From NCBI GenBank assembly GCA_963662405.2, contig CAXXKT010000001.1:736001-800000 (forward strand): DNA of 64,000 bases, given 5' to 3'. Under the pieces are notes generated by a model, which ran no database searches, had not been told where the DNA came from, and was given only the letters and a program-made list of their open reading frames with translations. Of the stretch, positions 20,243 through 30,647 are shown piece by piece (positions within the stretch are counted from its first letter, which is position 1; every line of letters begins with the position of its first letter). A program made the position numbers and the translations under genes. Source of the stretch: Syntrophales bacterium (lineage in GTDB: Bacteria > Desulfobacterota > Syntrophia > Syntrophales > UBA2210).

Positions 20243-20554
20243 ATGTACGCAGTCATAAAAACCGGAGGGAAGCAGTACAAGATCTCGAAGGGAGAGATCC
20301 TGAACTGTGAGAAGATCGAGGGCGGTAAGGGTGATATCGTTTCTTTCGATGAAGTTTTGCTGGTCTCCGGGGACGGAGACGTCCAGGTGGGCACGCCGTT
20401 CGTGAAGGGTGCGAAGGTCGTCGGTGAAATCATCGCCCAGATCAGGGACTCCAAGATCACCGTTTTCAAGATGAAGCGGCGCAAGGGGTACAAGAAGAAG
20501 ACAGGACACCGGCAGGATCTGACAAGCCTCAGGATCAAAGAGATAGTTGTGTAA
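20243..20554 (+). CDS. rplU: 50S ribosomal protein L21
   Basis: [13 protein letters not shown]...KKTGHRQ. Confidence 0.98.
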   Translation: MYAVIKTGGKQYKISKGEILNCEKIEGGKGDIVSFDEVLLVSGDGDVQVGTPFVKGAKVVGEIIAQIRDSKITVFKMKRRKGYKKKTGHRQDLTSLRIKEIVV

Positions 20555-20568
20555 CGGAGGAGAGATAG

Positions 20569-20823
20569 ATGGCTCACAAGAAAGGCCAGGGGAGTTCACG
20601 AAACGGGAGAGACAGCCAGGCGCAGAGACGGGGCGTTAAGGTATATGGCGGACAGGCCATATCTGCCGGCGGTATCATTGTTCGCCAGCTTGGGACCAAG
20701 ATACACCCGGGGAGCAACGTTGGAATGGGCAAGGACTACACCCTCTTTTCCAAGATCGATGGGATCGTGAAATTCGAGAGGAAGGGCAGAGACAAGAAAA
20801 AGGTAAGCGTATACGACGCTTAG
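20569..20823 (+). CDS. rpmA: 50S ribosomal protein L27
   Basis: [16 protein letters not shown]...[11 protein letters not shown]. Confidence 0.98.
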   Translation: MAHKKGQGSSRNGRDSQAQRRGVKVYGGQAISAGGIIVRQLGTKIHPGSNVGMGKDYTLFSKIDGIVKFERKGRDKKKVSVYDA

Positions 20824-20856
20824 CGATTTTTTGTGTCAGATAGCATTACGTGGGAG

Positions 20857-20890
20857 AAGGTGTTAGTATCAAAAAGCTAACACCTTTTTT
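20857..20890 (+). terminator. Intrinsic terminator between rpmA and obgE
   Basis: AAGGTGTTAG-N10-CTAACACCTT followed by a T run. Confidence 0.7.
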
Positions 20891-20918
20891 GCTTTTTATC
20901 CCCCGGTGGGTATCTTTT

Positions 20919-21941
20919 ATGCGATTTGTCGACGAGGCCAAGATATATATCAAGTCCGGTGACGGTGGGCAAGGTTGCGTCAGCTTCCGGAGGGAAAAGT
21001 ACGTCCCCCGCGGCGGTCCCGATGGGGGAAACGGCGGCAAAGGAGGCGATGTCATCGCTATCGCTTCGCGCAGCCACCGAACCCTGTTGGACCTGAAATT
21101 CAATCAGCATCATGTGGCCCGACGAGGCGGCCACGGGGAGGGGAACAATCGAACCGGCAGAAACGGTGACGATGTGGAGATCGTGGTCCCCGTAGGGACC
21201 GTTATAAAGGACATGGAGACGGGACAGTTCCTGGCTGATATGACCGAAGACGGTCAGAAGGCCATCTTGGCCTTGGGCGGAAAGGGTGGAAAGGGAAACG
21301 CTCACTTCAAGACCGCCACAAACCAGACTCCCCGTTATTCCCAGGACGGCCTTCCGGGAGAAGAGAAGACGATCAGTCTGGAACTCAAACTGATTGCCGA
21401 CGTGGGGATCGTTGGATTCCCGAATGTCGGCAAGTCAACCCTGATTGCGAACGTCTCGGCAGCCCGCCCTAAGATCGCGAACTACCCCTTTACCACGTTG
21501 AAGCCCAATCTGGGGGTGGTCCGTCTGGGCGATTCCCGGGCCTTCGTCATCGCGGATATACCGGGCCTTATCGAGGGTGCTCACCAGGGAGCGGGGTTGG
21601 GTACGAAATTTTTGCGCCATATCGAAAGAACCTCTATACTGCTCCATATCATCGACATATCGAAGGATCCCTTCACCGGCGCGTGGGATGATTTCAAGAT
21701 GATCAATAACGAGCTGGCATCCTTCAGCCCTGCCGTGCGGGCGAAACCCCAGATTGTGGCCATCAACAAGGCCGACCTACCGACCACCCGGGAACGGCTG
21801 AACGGCGAGATGGCTGTTTTTGAGGAGCAGGGGCTTCGTGTTTTCCCCATATCGGCCGCCACGGGGGAAGGAGTGAAAGCATTGATGCGAGCAATAGAAA
21901 AAGAAATTAACAACCTTTCCGTCACCCAGGCTGAAGGGTAA
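20919..21941 (+). CDS. obgE: GTPase ObgE/CgtA
   Basis: MRFVDEA, FRREKYVPRGGPDGG, GFPNVGKST, DIPGLIEGA, NKAD. Confidence 0.97.
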   Translation: MRFVDEAKIYIKSGDGGQGCVSFRREKYVPRGGPDGGNGGKGGDVIAIASRSHRTLLDLKFNQHHVARRGGHGEGNNRTGRNGDDVEIVVPVGTVIKDMETGQFLADMTEDGQKAILALGGKGGKGNAHFKTATNQTPRYSQDGLPGEEKTISLELKLIADVGIVGFPNVGKSTLIANVSAARPKIANYPFTTLKPNLGVVRLGDSRAFVIADIPGLIEGAHQGAGLGTKFLRHIERTSILLHIIDISKDPFTGAWDDFKMINNELASFSPAVRAKPQIVAINKADLPTTRERLNGEMAVFEEQGLRVFPISAATGEGVKALMRAIEKEINNLSVTQAEG

Positions 21942-21965
21942 AGACAAAAGAGGAGTTGTAGGAAC

Positions 21966-23099
21966 GTGATGTCGGAAGAGAGGACCGGTATCCTCAAGGG
22001 TGCCAAGAGGATACTCATCAAGATAGGGAGCGGTGTCCTGACGGGACAAGATGGTCTCGATCTCGCGATCATCGAACAGTTGATCGATGAAATTGCCGCT
22101 TATTCCAAGGCAGGGTTTCACTTCATCGTCGTTTCTTCAGGGGCCATCGCGTCCGGTACCCACCGGATGGGGTTCACGGAGAAGCTCAAAAGCCTGCCCC
22201 AGAAACAGGCCGCTGCGGCCGTAGGACAGGGCAGATTAATGCGGATCTATTCGCAGGCCTTCGGCAGACACGATCTGATCACCGCCCAGATTCTCCTGAC
22301 CATGAGCGATCTTACCGACCGGCAACGATTTCTCAACATCCGCAACACCCTCTCAACTCTCATGGAATGGGGAGTCATCCCCATCATCAATGAGAACGAT
22401 ACGGTCTCCGTGGATGAAATCAAGTTCGGGGATAATGACAACCTCGCCGCAATGATGGCGAATATCACGGGGGCCAACCTGCTGATCAATCTGACCAACA
22501 CGGAAGGACTGTATGATCGGGATCCCCGGGGATCGAAGGGGTCCAAACTGATCCCCCTGGTCAGGGAGATAACCGCACAGATCGAGGAGGCCGCTTCGTC
22601 AGAGGCCGATACCGTCGGGATGGGGGGAATGCGAAGCAAGGTAATTGCCGCGAAAAAGGTGACAGCCTTCGGGATTCCCTATATTATTGCCTATGGCAAG
22701 AAGGCCGGCATCCTGAGAGAGATCCTCTCGGGAAAGGAAACGGGGACCCTCTTTCTCCCCGGGGAACAGCACCTGAAGAGTAAAAAACACTGGATCGCTT
22801 TCACCCTGCGCTCCAGGGGAAGGCTCTATATCGACGGAGGCGCACAGAACGCCATTATGAATCAGGGGAAGAGTCTCCTCCCCTCAGGTGTTGTCCGGGT
22901 GGAAGGGGATTTCGGCGTGGGCGCCCCCGTCACGTGTGTAGACATGAACGGCGCCTCGGTTGCGAAGGGAATCGTCAACTACTCCTCATCGGACATTGAT
23001 AAGATAAAGGGACTCAAGACCTCAAAGATCGAGCAGGTTCTGGGAGAAAAGCCATACGACGAGATTATTCACCGCGATAACATGGCGGTATCACGGTAG
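21966..23099 (+). CDS. proB: Glutamate 5-kinase
   Basis: IKIGSGVL, VSSGAI, INENDTV, FGDNDNL, GMGGMRSK, C-terminal PUA domain. Confidence 0.96.
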   Translation: MMSEERTGILKGAKRILIKIGSGVLTGQDGLDLAIIEQLIDEIAAYSKAGFHFIVVSSGAIASGTHRMGFTEKLKSLPQKQAAAAVGQGRLMRIYSQAFGRHDLITAQILLTMSDLTDRQRFLNIRNTLSTLMEWGVIPIINENDTVSVDEIKFGDNDNLAAMMANITGANLLINLTNTEGLYDRDPRGSKGSKLIPLVREITAQIEEAASSEADTVGMGGMRSKVIAAKKVTAFGIPYIIAYGKKAGILREILSGKETGTLFLPGEQHLKSKKHWIAFTLRSRGRLYIDGGAQNAIMNQGKSLLPSGVVRVEGDFGVGAPVTCVDMNGASVAKGIVNYSSSDIDKIKGLKTSKIEQVLGEKPYDEIIHRDNMAVSR

Positions 23100-23109
23100 C
23101 GTTTTTCTC

Positions 23110-23664
23110 TTACCGAAAAAAGGCGGCGGGTACCTTTCCTGCGGCGTCAACCACAACCCCTTCCAGACGGAGGAGCGCTTTTTTCATTCCGCTTCCGCCT
23201 CCGAACCGGCCGACGGATCCGTGGCACCTGACTACTCGGTGACAGGGAATAACGAGGGGGAAAGGATTGCGGGCAAGGGCCGTGCCGACCGCCCGCGCGG
23301 CACCAGGGGCTGAGATCGCACGCGCCAGTTCGCCGTAGGAGGTGACCCTGCCCCGCGGTATGCGCATGGTCTCTCTGAGCACCCTCTGCTGGAACCCGCC
23401 GCACTCGTCCAGCGCCACTGGTTTCAGAGAAAAATCGGCCCGTTGTCCGTCCAGGGCGGCCCGTATCCCTTCGCAGAGTTTCCCCGGATCCGTGTCAGGT
23501 TCCTCCACGGCATCGGGGTGGCGTTCCGTGATCATTTCTGCGGTGGATCTGTCGGGAGACGGCAGCAGAATCTGAACAATCGCGGGTGCACCATCCCCGA
23601 TCTGCCATACAATCCCCACATCCCCCAAAGATGAGGGTACCACACGGTAATGACTCGTTTTCAC
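23110..23664 (-). CDS. ogt: Methylated-DNA-protein-cysteine methyltransferase
   Basis: SYGELA, ARAVGTAL, IPCHRVV active site. Confidence 0.9.
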   Translation of the reverse strand: MKTSHYRVVPSSLGDVGIVWQIGDGAPAIVQILLPSPDRSTAEMITERHPDAVEEPDTDPGKLCEGIRAALDGQRADFSLKPVALDECGGFQQRVLRETMRIPRGRVTSYGELARAISAPGAARAVGTALARNPFPLVIPCHRVVRCHGSVGRFGGGSGMKKALLRLEGVVVDAAGKVPAAFFR

Positions 23665-23687
23665 CCCTGACTCCCTCCGGAGCGGCA

Positions 23688-24656
23688 CTACATTTCTCTC
23701 TGAATCACATAATCCGCGATAGCGAGGAGAGCCGCTCGCGGCGTTGTATCGTCAAAGATATCGAGGAAGGCCTTTCCCTCTTCGACAAGCCGCTTCGCTT
23801 TCTCGAGGGAATAGTCGATCCCTCCGTAGGTATCGATCAGGGAAGAAATTTCTCGGACGGCATCCTCTCCGAAATCCTCTACGGCCCGTTCGATACGGGT
23901 CTTTTCATCGGGCGTACACTGCTTGAAAGTCTTGATGAGGGGGAGGGTAATTTTCCCCTCCTTGAGATCCATCCCGATCGTCTTGCCGAAGTCATCTTCC
24001 CGCGCCACATAATCGAGGGTGTCATCGGTCAGTTGAAAGGCCGCCCCCAGACGCATACCGAATTTGGTCAGCGCCTCAACTTCTTTTTCAGGGGCCTGTG
24101 CCAGGAGCGCACCGATGGCGCATGCCGCAGAGATCAGAATCGCTGTCTTCTTTTCGATAACCGAAAAATATTCCCGCTCGCCGGTATTGATATCGCCGCA
24201 CCGGGCCAGCTGGATCAGCTCTCCCTCGGCCATCGCGGAGGTGGTTATTGAAAGGAGTTTCTGTATCGGCTGATCCCCGTCTTCTGCCAGGATATTGAAG
24301 GAAGTTGAGTACAGATAGTCTCCCACAAGAACACTTGCTGAATTTCCCCAGATACTGTTCGCAGAGGGTTTCCCTCGTCTGATGTTGGCGTGATCGATCA
24401 CATCATCATGGAGGAGGGATGCGGTGTGGATAAACTCCATAACCGACGCCAGGGGAAAGCGTCTCTCTCCTTGATAACCGCACAGGTCCGACGATATGAT
24501 CAGCAGAAGGGGCCGCAACCTCTTGCCGCCGCTTTTGATGATATGATCGGAGATTTCGGGGATGAACTCTACATAGGAATGCATCCGGCCCTCAATGAGG
24601 GTCTCAACCTCTTTCATCTCATCCATATATGTGCTGAAGACATCCTGTATTTCCAT
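23688..24656 (-). CDS. ispB: Long-chain polyprenyl diphosphate synthase
   Basis: GGKRLRP, LLHDDVID, RRG, FQLTDDTLD. Confidence 0.88.
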   Translation of the reverse strand: MEIQDVFSTYMDEMKEVETLIEGRMHSYVEFIPEISDHIIKSGGKRLRPLLLIISSDLCGYQGERRFPLASVMEFIHTASLLHDDVIDHANIRRGKPSANSIWGNSASVLVGDYLYSTSFNILAEDGDQPIQKLLSITTSAMAEGELIQLARCGDINTGEREYFSVIEKKTAILISAACAIGALLAQAPEKEVEALTKFGMRLGAAFQLTDDTLDYVAREDDFGKTIGMDLKEGKITLPLIKTFKQCTPDEKTRIERAVEDFGEDAVREISSLIDTYGGIDYSLEKAKRLVEEGKAFLDIFDDTTPRAALLAIADYVIQREM

Positions 24657-24908
24657 ACGCTATTCCGATCAGAGCCCTTTCCCCCGTCTATATGTGATAC
24701 CCATCGAAATGTCAAAACCTTTCCAAAACCGTCTCGGCGGGTCGTAAAGAGGAAGAGATCTTCCACCCGACCGTGACACGATTCCGGAATAGCTTTTTTA
24801 TAGTATCATCAATTATTTGACATTTTTCCTGCAACATTTTATAAAGGCACTTGGGTGGGTTTCTGCCGAATCGAGGAGCCAGGACTAAAGAACGAAAAGA
24901 GGCGGCTT

Positions 24909-25835
24909 ATGAGATGGAAACGAAAGCAGATCGGGTTTGCCCTCGGTGGTGGGGGTGCCCGGGGGTTCGCCCACATAGGGGTCATCAAGGCGCTTGTGCG
25001 TGAGAAGATCCCCATTGATCTTATTGTGGGGACCAGCAGCGGCGCCTTGATCGGAGGGGCATTTGCCAGCGGGGTCACCCCGGAAGATCTGGAGCGGAAG
25101 ATCGGAGAATATCTCAACAGCAAGGAATATCAATCGTCCGCGGTCAGAACTATCGAACAGGCGCACGACGGGGAACGGGCCTCCCTTACCCGGAAGATAC
25201 AGGGGTTTTTTCAAAATAAATTTCTCCTCCTACAGGCCATGTTCAAACCGGGAATTCTCTCCCCGGATGAGTTTCAGTCTATGATCGATTTTTTCATTCC
25301 GGACATACTGATCCAGGAGACACGCATTCCCTTCCGGGCCGTTACCACCGACCTCATCAGCGGTGAACAGATCGTATTCTCCGAGGGTCCCCTGCGCGAG
25401 GCCGTTATGATCAGCAGTTCCGTACCGGGGGCGATAGAACCTCGAAGGTTGGGGGATATGCTCCTCTCAGACGGAGGAATCATTTCCCTGGTCCCTGTCA
25501 ATGCCGCCCGAACCGAGGGGGCCGACATCGTCATAGCCGTTGATATCACCCGGGCCCTCTTCTCCGATGAAGAAATCGATACCGCTCAGGGAATATGCGG
25601 CAGGGCTGCTGACATAGCGGCGTATCACCTGACGATGCATGAACTCGCGGCGGCGGATATCGTGATCCATCCCCGGGTCGGCAGTCTTCACTGGTCCGTC
25701 TTCTCCCATGCCGGGAGCCTGATTGCCGAGGGGGAAAAAGCGGCCATGGAGAAGATGATTGATATCAAAAGGATAATTCCCCTTCTTGCGCGATTTCGTG
25801 CCAAGAATGATACGGTACGTGACGCGGCATCTTAG
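24909..25835 (+). CDS. Patatin-like phospholipase
   Basis: GGGARGFAHIG, GTSSG, DGG. Confidence 0.9.
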   Translation: MRWKRKQIGFALGGGGARGFAHIGVIKALVREKIPIDLIVGTSSGALIGGAFASGVTPEDLERKIGEYLNSKEYQSSAVRTIEQAHDGERASLTRKIQGFFQNKFLLLQAMFKPGILSPDEFQSMIDFFIPDILIQETRIPFRAVTTDLISGEQIVFSEGPLREAVMISSSVPGAIEPRRLGDMLLSDGGIISLVPVNAARTEGADIVIAVDITRALFSDEEIDTAQGICGRAADIAAYHLTMHELAAADIVIHPRVGSLHWSVFSHAGSLIAEGEKAAMEKMIDIKRIIPLLARFRAKNDTVRDAAS

Positions 25836-26094
25836 AGGTGTCCAGGACCAATACCGTATCAGATCTTCACCTTGTGTTCTCAAAGAAAATCGGGGAATAT
25901 AAGGGGCCCCGGGACGTCGGGGTACAATAAGGAGTGTGAATCCATGTTCCATCAACAGGGGTGATACTCCTTGATTCGCGCGTGGATAAAGGCTAGTATA
26001 CAGATGATTTGGCTGTTGGTTCTCAACAATGTAATCGCTAAACTGTCGATCGAATAGCTTGTGTGGAAAGCCTGATGAATCGGGGGGAATCATC

Positions 26095-26874
26095 ATGTAT
26101 CAGATACCGCGTATCAGTTTTTCTTTTTACAAATTCAAGGGCGAACAAGTGCGAGAGCGGGCGACCAATCTTGCCTTTGCCCTCTATCGGCCAATCTTCC
26201 TCGTCCTGTTTGTGCTGAACACCTTCATGTGCGCCGTTGCGGCGATTGTGTGTACCACCTTCCTGCCTCACAACTACGGCCACGCCGTAGCCCGGTTCTG
26301 GAGCCGGTTGACCCTCGCACTGTCGGGGGTCTCCGCATCAATGATCGGGGAGGAAAAAATTCAACCGAACCAGCCCTATATCGTCATGGCCAACCATCAG
26401 AGTCACTACGATGTTTTTACCCTCATGTGGCTGATTCCCCTGCAGATCAGATGGATCATCAAGATGGAACTGCGGAAGATCCCCTTCTTCGGGTTCGCCT
26501 GCGAACGGGTGGGATACATCTTTATCGACCGAGGAGATAACGCAAAGGCGCGGGAAAGCCTCAAGACGGCGGGAGAGAGAATCCGAGGCGGCGCGTCGGT
26601 GATTTTCTTCCCCGAAGGCACCAGGAGTGTGGACGGCACGCTTCGGAACTTCAAAAAGGGCGGCTTCGTCATCGCCCTGGAGGCACAGGTGCCGATCCTC
26701 CCGGTGACCGTGCTCGGGGGTAAGGCGATCCTCCCCAAGGGGACCCTGCGTATCCTCCCGGGACATATGAAGGTCATCGTCCATGATCCTATCCCCGTCG
26801 ACGGATACACGTACGAAACCAAAGGGCAGCTCATGGAACGGGTCAGGGAATCGATGGAAAAGGGACTGGAATAG
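26095..26874 (+). CDS. plsC: 1-acyl-sn-glycerol-3-phosphate acyltransferase; start uncertain
   Basis: NHQSHYD, FIDR, FFPEGTRS. Confidence 0.88.
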   Translation: MYQIPRISFSFYKFKGEQVRERATNLAFALYRPIFLVLFVLNTFMCAVAAIVCTTFLPHNYGHAVARFWSRLTLALSGVSASMIGEEKIQPNQPYIVMANHQSHYDVFTLMWLIPLQIRWIIKMELRKIPFFGFACERVGYIFIDRGDNAKARESLKTAGERIRGGASVIFFPEGTRSVDGTLRNFKKGGFVIALEAQVPILPVTVLGGKAILPKGTLRILPGHMKVIVHDPIPVDGYTYETKGQLMERVRESMEKGLE

Positions 26875-26984
26875 AAGGCCCGTCATTCACGGAGAGACTC
26901 CCGCGTTTAATCTGAATCACGGCACTTCCGAGACATGCGGCCGTGTCTCATGTTCGTATTTCTTTACCGGAAAACATCTGAAAA

Positions 26985-28235
26985 TCAGTACAGTATCCCG
27001 ATCATTGCCCCGGTCATCAGCGTCGTCAGGACGCCGGCCAGGATCGAACGGGGCCCGAGTGCGATGATCTCACCGGCCCGGTCGGGGACGATGGTCGAAA
27101 GACCGGCGATGAGGATGCCCAGACTGCCGATGTTGGCAAAACCGCAGAGGGCATAGGTCATGATCAGGTTACTCCGCTCGGAGAGCGTACCGGGGGAGAG
27201 GGCGGCCAGGTCCAGATAGGCGATCAGTTCATTGAGGATGACCTTGACCCCCATGAGGCTCCCCGCGGCGTGGGCCTCGTTCCAGGGGATGCCGGCCAGC
27301 CAGACCAGCGGGCTCATAATGTAGCCGAGGATACTTTCCAGAGTAATCGGTTTTCCCCCCATCTGAGGGAGCAGTCCCAGAAGCTGATTGACCATGCTGA
27401 CCAGGGCCACCAGGACGATCAGGAGGGCCACGACGTTGAAGAAGATCTTCAGCCCCGAGATCGTTCCCTGGACGAGGGCGTCCATGGAACCGCGTGTCTC
27501 GACGGGGGGCGAGATGGTCCCCAGCGTGGGCTCGCCGGTCTCGGGTATCATCACCCCTGCGATGAGGATGGAAGCGGGCGCGCTGATCAGGGAGGCAGCC
27601 AGGATATGCCCCAGGGCGTTTGGGACAACGGGTCCGATGATCCCGGCATAGAGGACAAGCACCGTCCCGGCGATGGTGGCCATGCCGCAGGTCATCAGGG
27701 TGAAGATCTCGCTACGGGTCATGGAGGAGAGATAGGGCCGGATGAAGAGGGGCGATTCGACCATCCCGGCGAATATGTTCGCCGTGCATCCCACCCCCAG
27801 GGCACCGCCGATCCTCATTGAACGTTGGAGAACCGCCGAAAAGGCCTTGACCAGAATGGGGATGATCTTCCAGTAGTACAGCAGTGCCGTGAAGGCGCTG
27901 GTGACGATGATTACCGGTAACCCCCGGAAGGCGAAGATATAGGCCGCGCCGGTACGGGTCTCTTCAAAGGGAAGGGGCGCGCCGCCGAGATAGCCGAAGA
28001 CGAATGACGTCCCGGCACGGGTCCCCGCCTCCAGGACCTCGACGGCCTTGTTCAGAAAGAGAAAAAACGTGCCCACCGCCGGAATCTTCAGGAAGATCAA
28101 GGCAAAAACCAGTTGCAGAACGAGCCCCGTAATGATCAGCCTCAGGCTGACGTCCCGGCGGTTCTCCGACAGCGCCCAGGCGATAAGGATAAAGACGAAG
28201 AGGCCGAACAGACTCTGCAACATGGGGAAATACAT
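26985..28235 (-). CDS. Concentrative nucleoside transporter (CNT/NupC family)
   Basis: GTSFVFG, NIFAGMVESPL, GMATIAG, NELIAY, ALCGFANIGS. Confidence 0.92.
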   Translation of the reverse strand: MYFPMLQSLFGLFVFILIAWALSENRRDVSLRLIITGLVLQLVFALIFLKIPAVGTFFLFLNKAVEVLEAGTRAGTSFVFGYLGGAPLPFEETRTGAAYIFAFRGLPVIIVTSAFTALLYYWKIIPILVKAFSAVLQRSMRIGGALGVGCTANIFAGMVESPLFIRPYLSSMTRSEIFTLMTCGMATIAGTVLVLYAGIIGPVVPNALGHILAASLISAPASILIAGVMIPETGEPTLGTISPPVETRGSMDALVQGTISGLKIFFNVVALLIVLVALVSMVNQLLGLLPQMGGKPITLESILGYIMSPLVWLAGIPWNEAHAAGSLMGVKVILNELIAYLDLAALSPGTLSERSNLIMTYALCGFANIGSLGILIAGLSTIVPDRAGEIIALGPRSILAGVLTTLMTGAMIGILY

Positions 28236-28486
28236 TATGCTGTCCTTTCAGAACCGTGAAATATCAAAGACTGCAAACACTTGGCACTTTTTCTAACACA
28301 CAGGGGCCTGTTTGGCAACTGCCAAGAGGAAGAAGGGTTGCTCGCTCCGGTTGTGCTTGATTTCATGGTGCAATTCCTTCTGTTCAAATTTTATGAATTG
28401 AAGTAGGATGTGGTGGAAGTTTTGAAAATACCACTAAGTATGTTTTCCATTATCTTACCGAAACAAGGGAAAGGAGCATCTAATAA

Positions 28487-29077
28487 ATGAGTTCCAGTCA
28501 TTTCCTGCCAGATGGTATAAAGGGTCACACTAGAGCTATGATTTTCGTTGATGGAGAGAATTTAGCAATCCGATATAAACAAGGTTTAGCGGGGTCTGAG
28601 CCATTAAAACATGTTCAGTTTCTCGAAAACGTGTATGTCTGGTCTCGTTTCGCAAACATTCCACACCATGTGCATTGTGATGTCATCAGGAAACACTATT
28701 ATACTGCCGTACAAGGTGACGATCACAAAATTGAGGACGTTGAAAGTCAACTCAAAAATATAGGAATTGAAGCCCCACGCGTATTCAAAAAGAAGAAGGG
28801 TCGACCGTCTAAACGTGTTGATATAAGTATAGCCACCGAGATGCTTGCACACGCTAGCAGGGGAAATTACGATATCGCAATTTTAGTGGCTGGCGATGAT
28901 GATTACGTCCCCCTCATGCGCGCAATTAAAGACGAAGGATGTCGCGTTGTACTCTGGTTCTTTGAAGATGATCCGGGGCTCAGCAAGCGATTAGTTATGG
29001 AGGCTGATTATTTCTTCGATATTTCATACTTTCTATGTAAAGAAGAACAGGATATTAGATTATACTACCCTTGGTGA
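28487..29077 (+). CDS. NYN (LabA/DUF88, PIN-like) domain protein in an AT-rich segment
   Basis: IFVDGENL, KRVDISIATEML, LVAGDDDYVP, ADYFFD. Confidence 0.85.
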   Translation: MSSSHFLPDGIKGHTRAMIFVDGENLAIRYKQGLAGSEPLKHVQFLENVYVWSRFANIPHHVHCDVIRKHYYTAVQGDDHKIEDVESQLKNIGIEAPRVFKKKKGRPSKRVDISIATEMLAHASRGNYDIAILVAGDDDYVPLMRAIKDEGCRVVLWFFEDDPGLSKRLVMEADYFFDISYFLCKEEQDIRLYYPW

Positions 29078-29205
29078 TAACATATTCAACCGACTGGTCT
29101 AATGAGTGTTCCTCCTAGTATCGCTGGCCCTTAATGAACAATTTTTTACGTACTTTAACCGTGAAGAGTGAGGTTCAAACGACAATTTATTAACAGGAGC
29201 AAACC

Positions 29206-29679
29206 ATGCCTCGTATACTCAAAGCCGGAGACATTGCCCCGACATTCACGCTGAACAACGCTGAATCTAAGCCGGTCAGTCTGTCCGATTTTGCGGGCCG
29301 GTGGGTGGTCCTCTATTTTTATCCGAAGGACAATACGAGCGGCTGCACGAAAGAGGCGCAGGCGTTCTCATCATTGTTGTCGGAATTCCAAAAGCAGAAC
29401 GCCGTGGTGATCGGGATCAGCCCGGACTCGGAGGCATCACACGCGCGGTTTATCGAAAAACATGGTCTCACCGTGGAGCTCCTCAGCGATCCCGACAAAG
29501 AGGTCTGCAATCTCTACGGCGTGTGGCAGAAAAAGAAGATGGCGGGAAGGGAGTACATGGGGGTGGTGCGCAGCACCTTTCTCATAGACCCGGAAGGCAA
29601 AATCATCCGTGTGTGGGAGAAGGTCCGTGTCAACGGCCACGCAGAAGAGGTGCTCCAGGCCTGCTGCGGCGCGTCATGA
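29206..29679 (+). CDS. bcp: Peroxiredoxin Bcp/PrxQ
   Basis: YFYPKDNTSGCTKEA, RSTFLID. Confidence 0.93.
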   Translation: MPRILKAGDIAPTFTLNNAESKPVSLSDFAGRWVVLYFYPKDNTSGCTKEAQAFSSLLSEFQKQNAVVIGISPDSEASHARFIEKHGLTVELLSDPDKEVCNLYGVWQKKKMAGREYMGVVRSTFLIDPEGKIIRVWEKVRVNGHAEEVLQACCGAS

Positions 29680-30638
29680 TCTCCCCGGAGACGATCAGAG
29701 ATGTTTTGTCGGAATGGGGTCTTCGTCTGAAGTCCGTTCGGGCCGATCTCGCGATTCAGGGGAGCCCGGAGCGTTCCTTGCTTCGCACTGCTGTGGAAGA
29801 CGAAGAAGGCCACATCTTTATCGTGGAGCAGATAGCCCCACACCGGACAGAACCACGACGAATCATCAGCAGGATCCTGGACGATCTTCACGCTGCCGGA
29901 TTGGATCAAGTTGTCCCGTATAAACGGACACCGGCAGGGGAACATCTGGTTTTCCGCAAGGACGCCTGGTGGCAGGTCACGCCTTTTATCGCGGGAACAC
30001 CCCTCGATCGGCCCGGTTATCTCCACGATGCCGTGAAGGGCGAAGCCCTCGCGCGCTTCCTGTGCAACCTCTCCGACCATGTGCCGAGCTGCTCCCATAT
30101 TCGAGGAATGCCTCGCTTCTCGCTGAAGGACTACATCGTCGGACTCGAACGGGATATCACCCGGCACGCCGCCGATACGGCCCCGCGCTTCGCACCCGTT
30201 TTCGATTTCTTGCGGTGTACATTCCTGGATGCGCACGACACGCTGCCCGTGGCCTTCTGCCACGGCGACTACCATCCCCTGAACGTCATCTGGCGCGGTG
30301 ATGAAATCGCGGCGGTGATCGACTGGGAGTTCTGCGGGATCAAGACCGAGATCTACGACGCGGCCAACCTGATCGGCTGTGTCGGGATGGAGCACCCGTC
30401 CGGTCTGACCGATCACCTCGCAACCGCCTTTATGGAGCACATGCGGAAGCATTCAGCTATCAGCGACCGGAGCTGGAAATTGTTTCCGGAGTTCGTTATC
30501 GCCCTGCGCTGTGCCTGGCTGGCCGAGTGGCTCCGCACGAAAGACGGGGAGATGATCGACCTGGAAGAAACCTACATGAAGCTGCTGATCCAACATCTCG
30601 ACCGGCTCAGAGATGCGTGGAGACTGCCGGGTCGCTGA
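29676..30638 (+). CDS. APH-family phosphotransferase (homoserine kinase type II-like)
   Basis: CHGDYHPLN and IDWEF motifs; ATG overlaps the bcp stop. Confidence 0.8.
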   Translation: MISPETIRDVLSEWGLRLKSVRADLAIQGSPERSLLRTAVEDEEGHIFIVEQIAPHRTEPRRIISRILDDLHAAGLDQVVPYKRTPAGEHLVFRKDAWWQVTPFIAGTPLDRPGYLHDAVKGEALARFLCNLSDHVPSCSHIRGMPRFSLKDYIVGLERDITRHAADTAPRFAPVFDFLRCTFLDAHDTLPVAFCHGDYHPLNVIWRGDEIAAVIDWEFCGIKTEIYDAANLIGCVGMEHPSGLTDHLATAFMEHMRKHSAISDRSWKLFPEFVIALRCAWLAEWLRTKDGEMIDLEETYMKLLIQHLDRLRDAWRLPGR

Positions 30639-30647
30639 CTGTTCCCC

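Noticed and set aside
25944..26057. RBS plus a short ORF with an in-frame TGA as a possible selenoprotein
   Set aside because: No redox motif context, no SECIS-like hairpin after the TGA, and the peptide is not recognisable.
29075..29180. TAAC after the NYN gene stop as an integron attC site
   Set aside because: No matching GTTRRRY end or full palindrome, and no integrase in the window.
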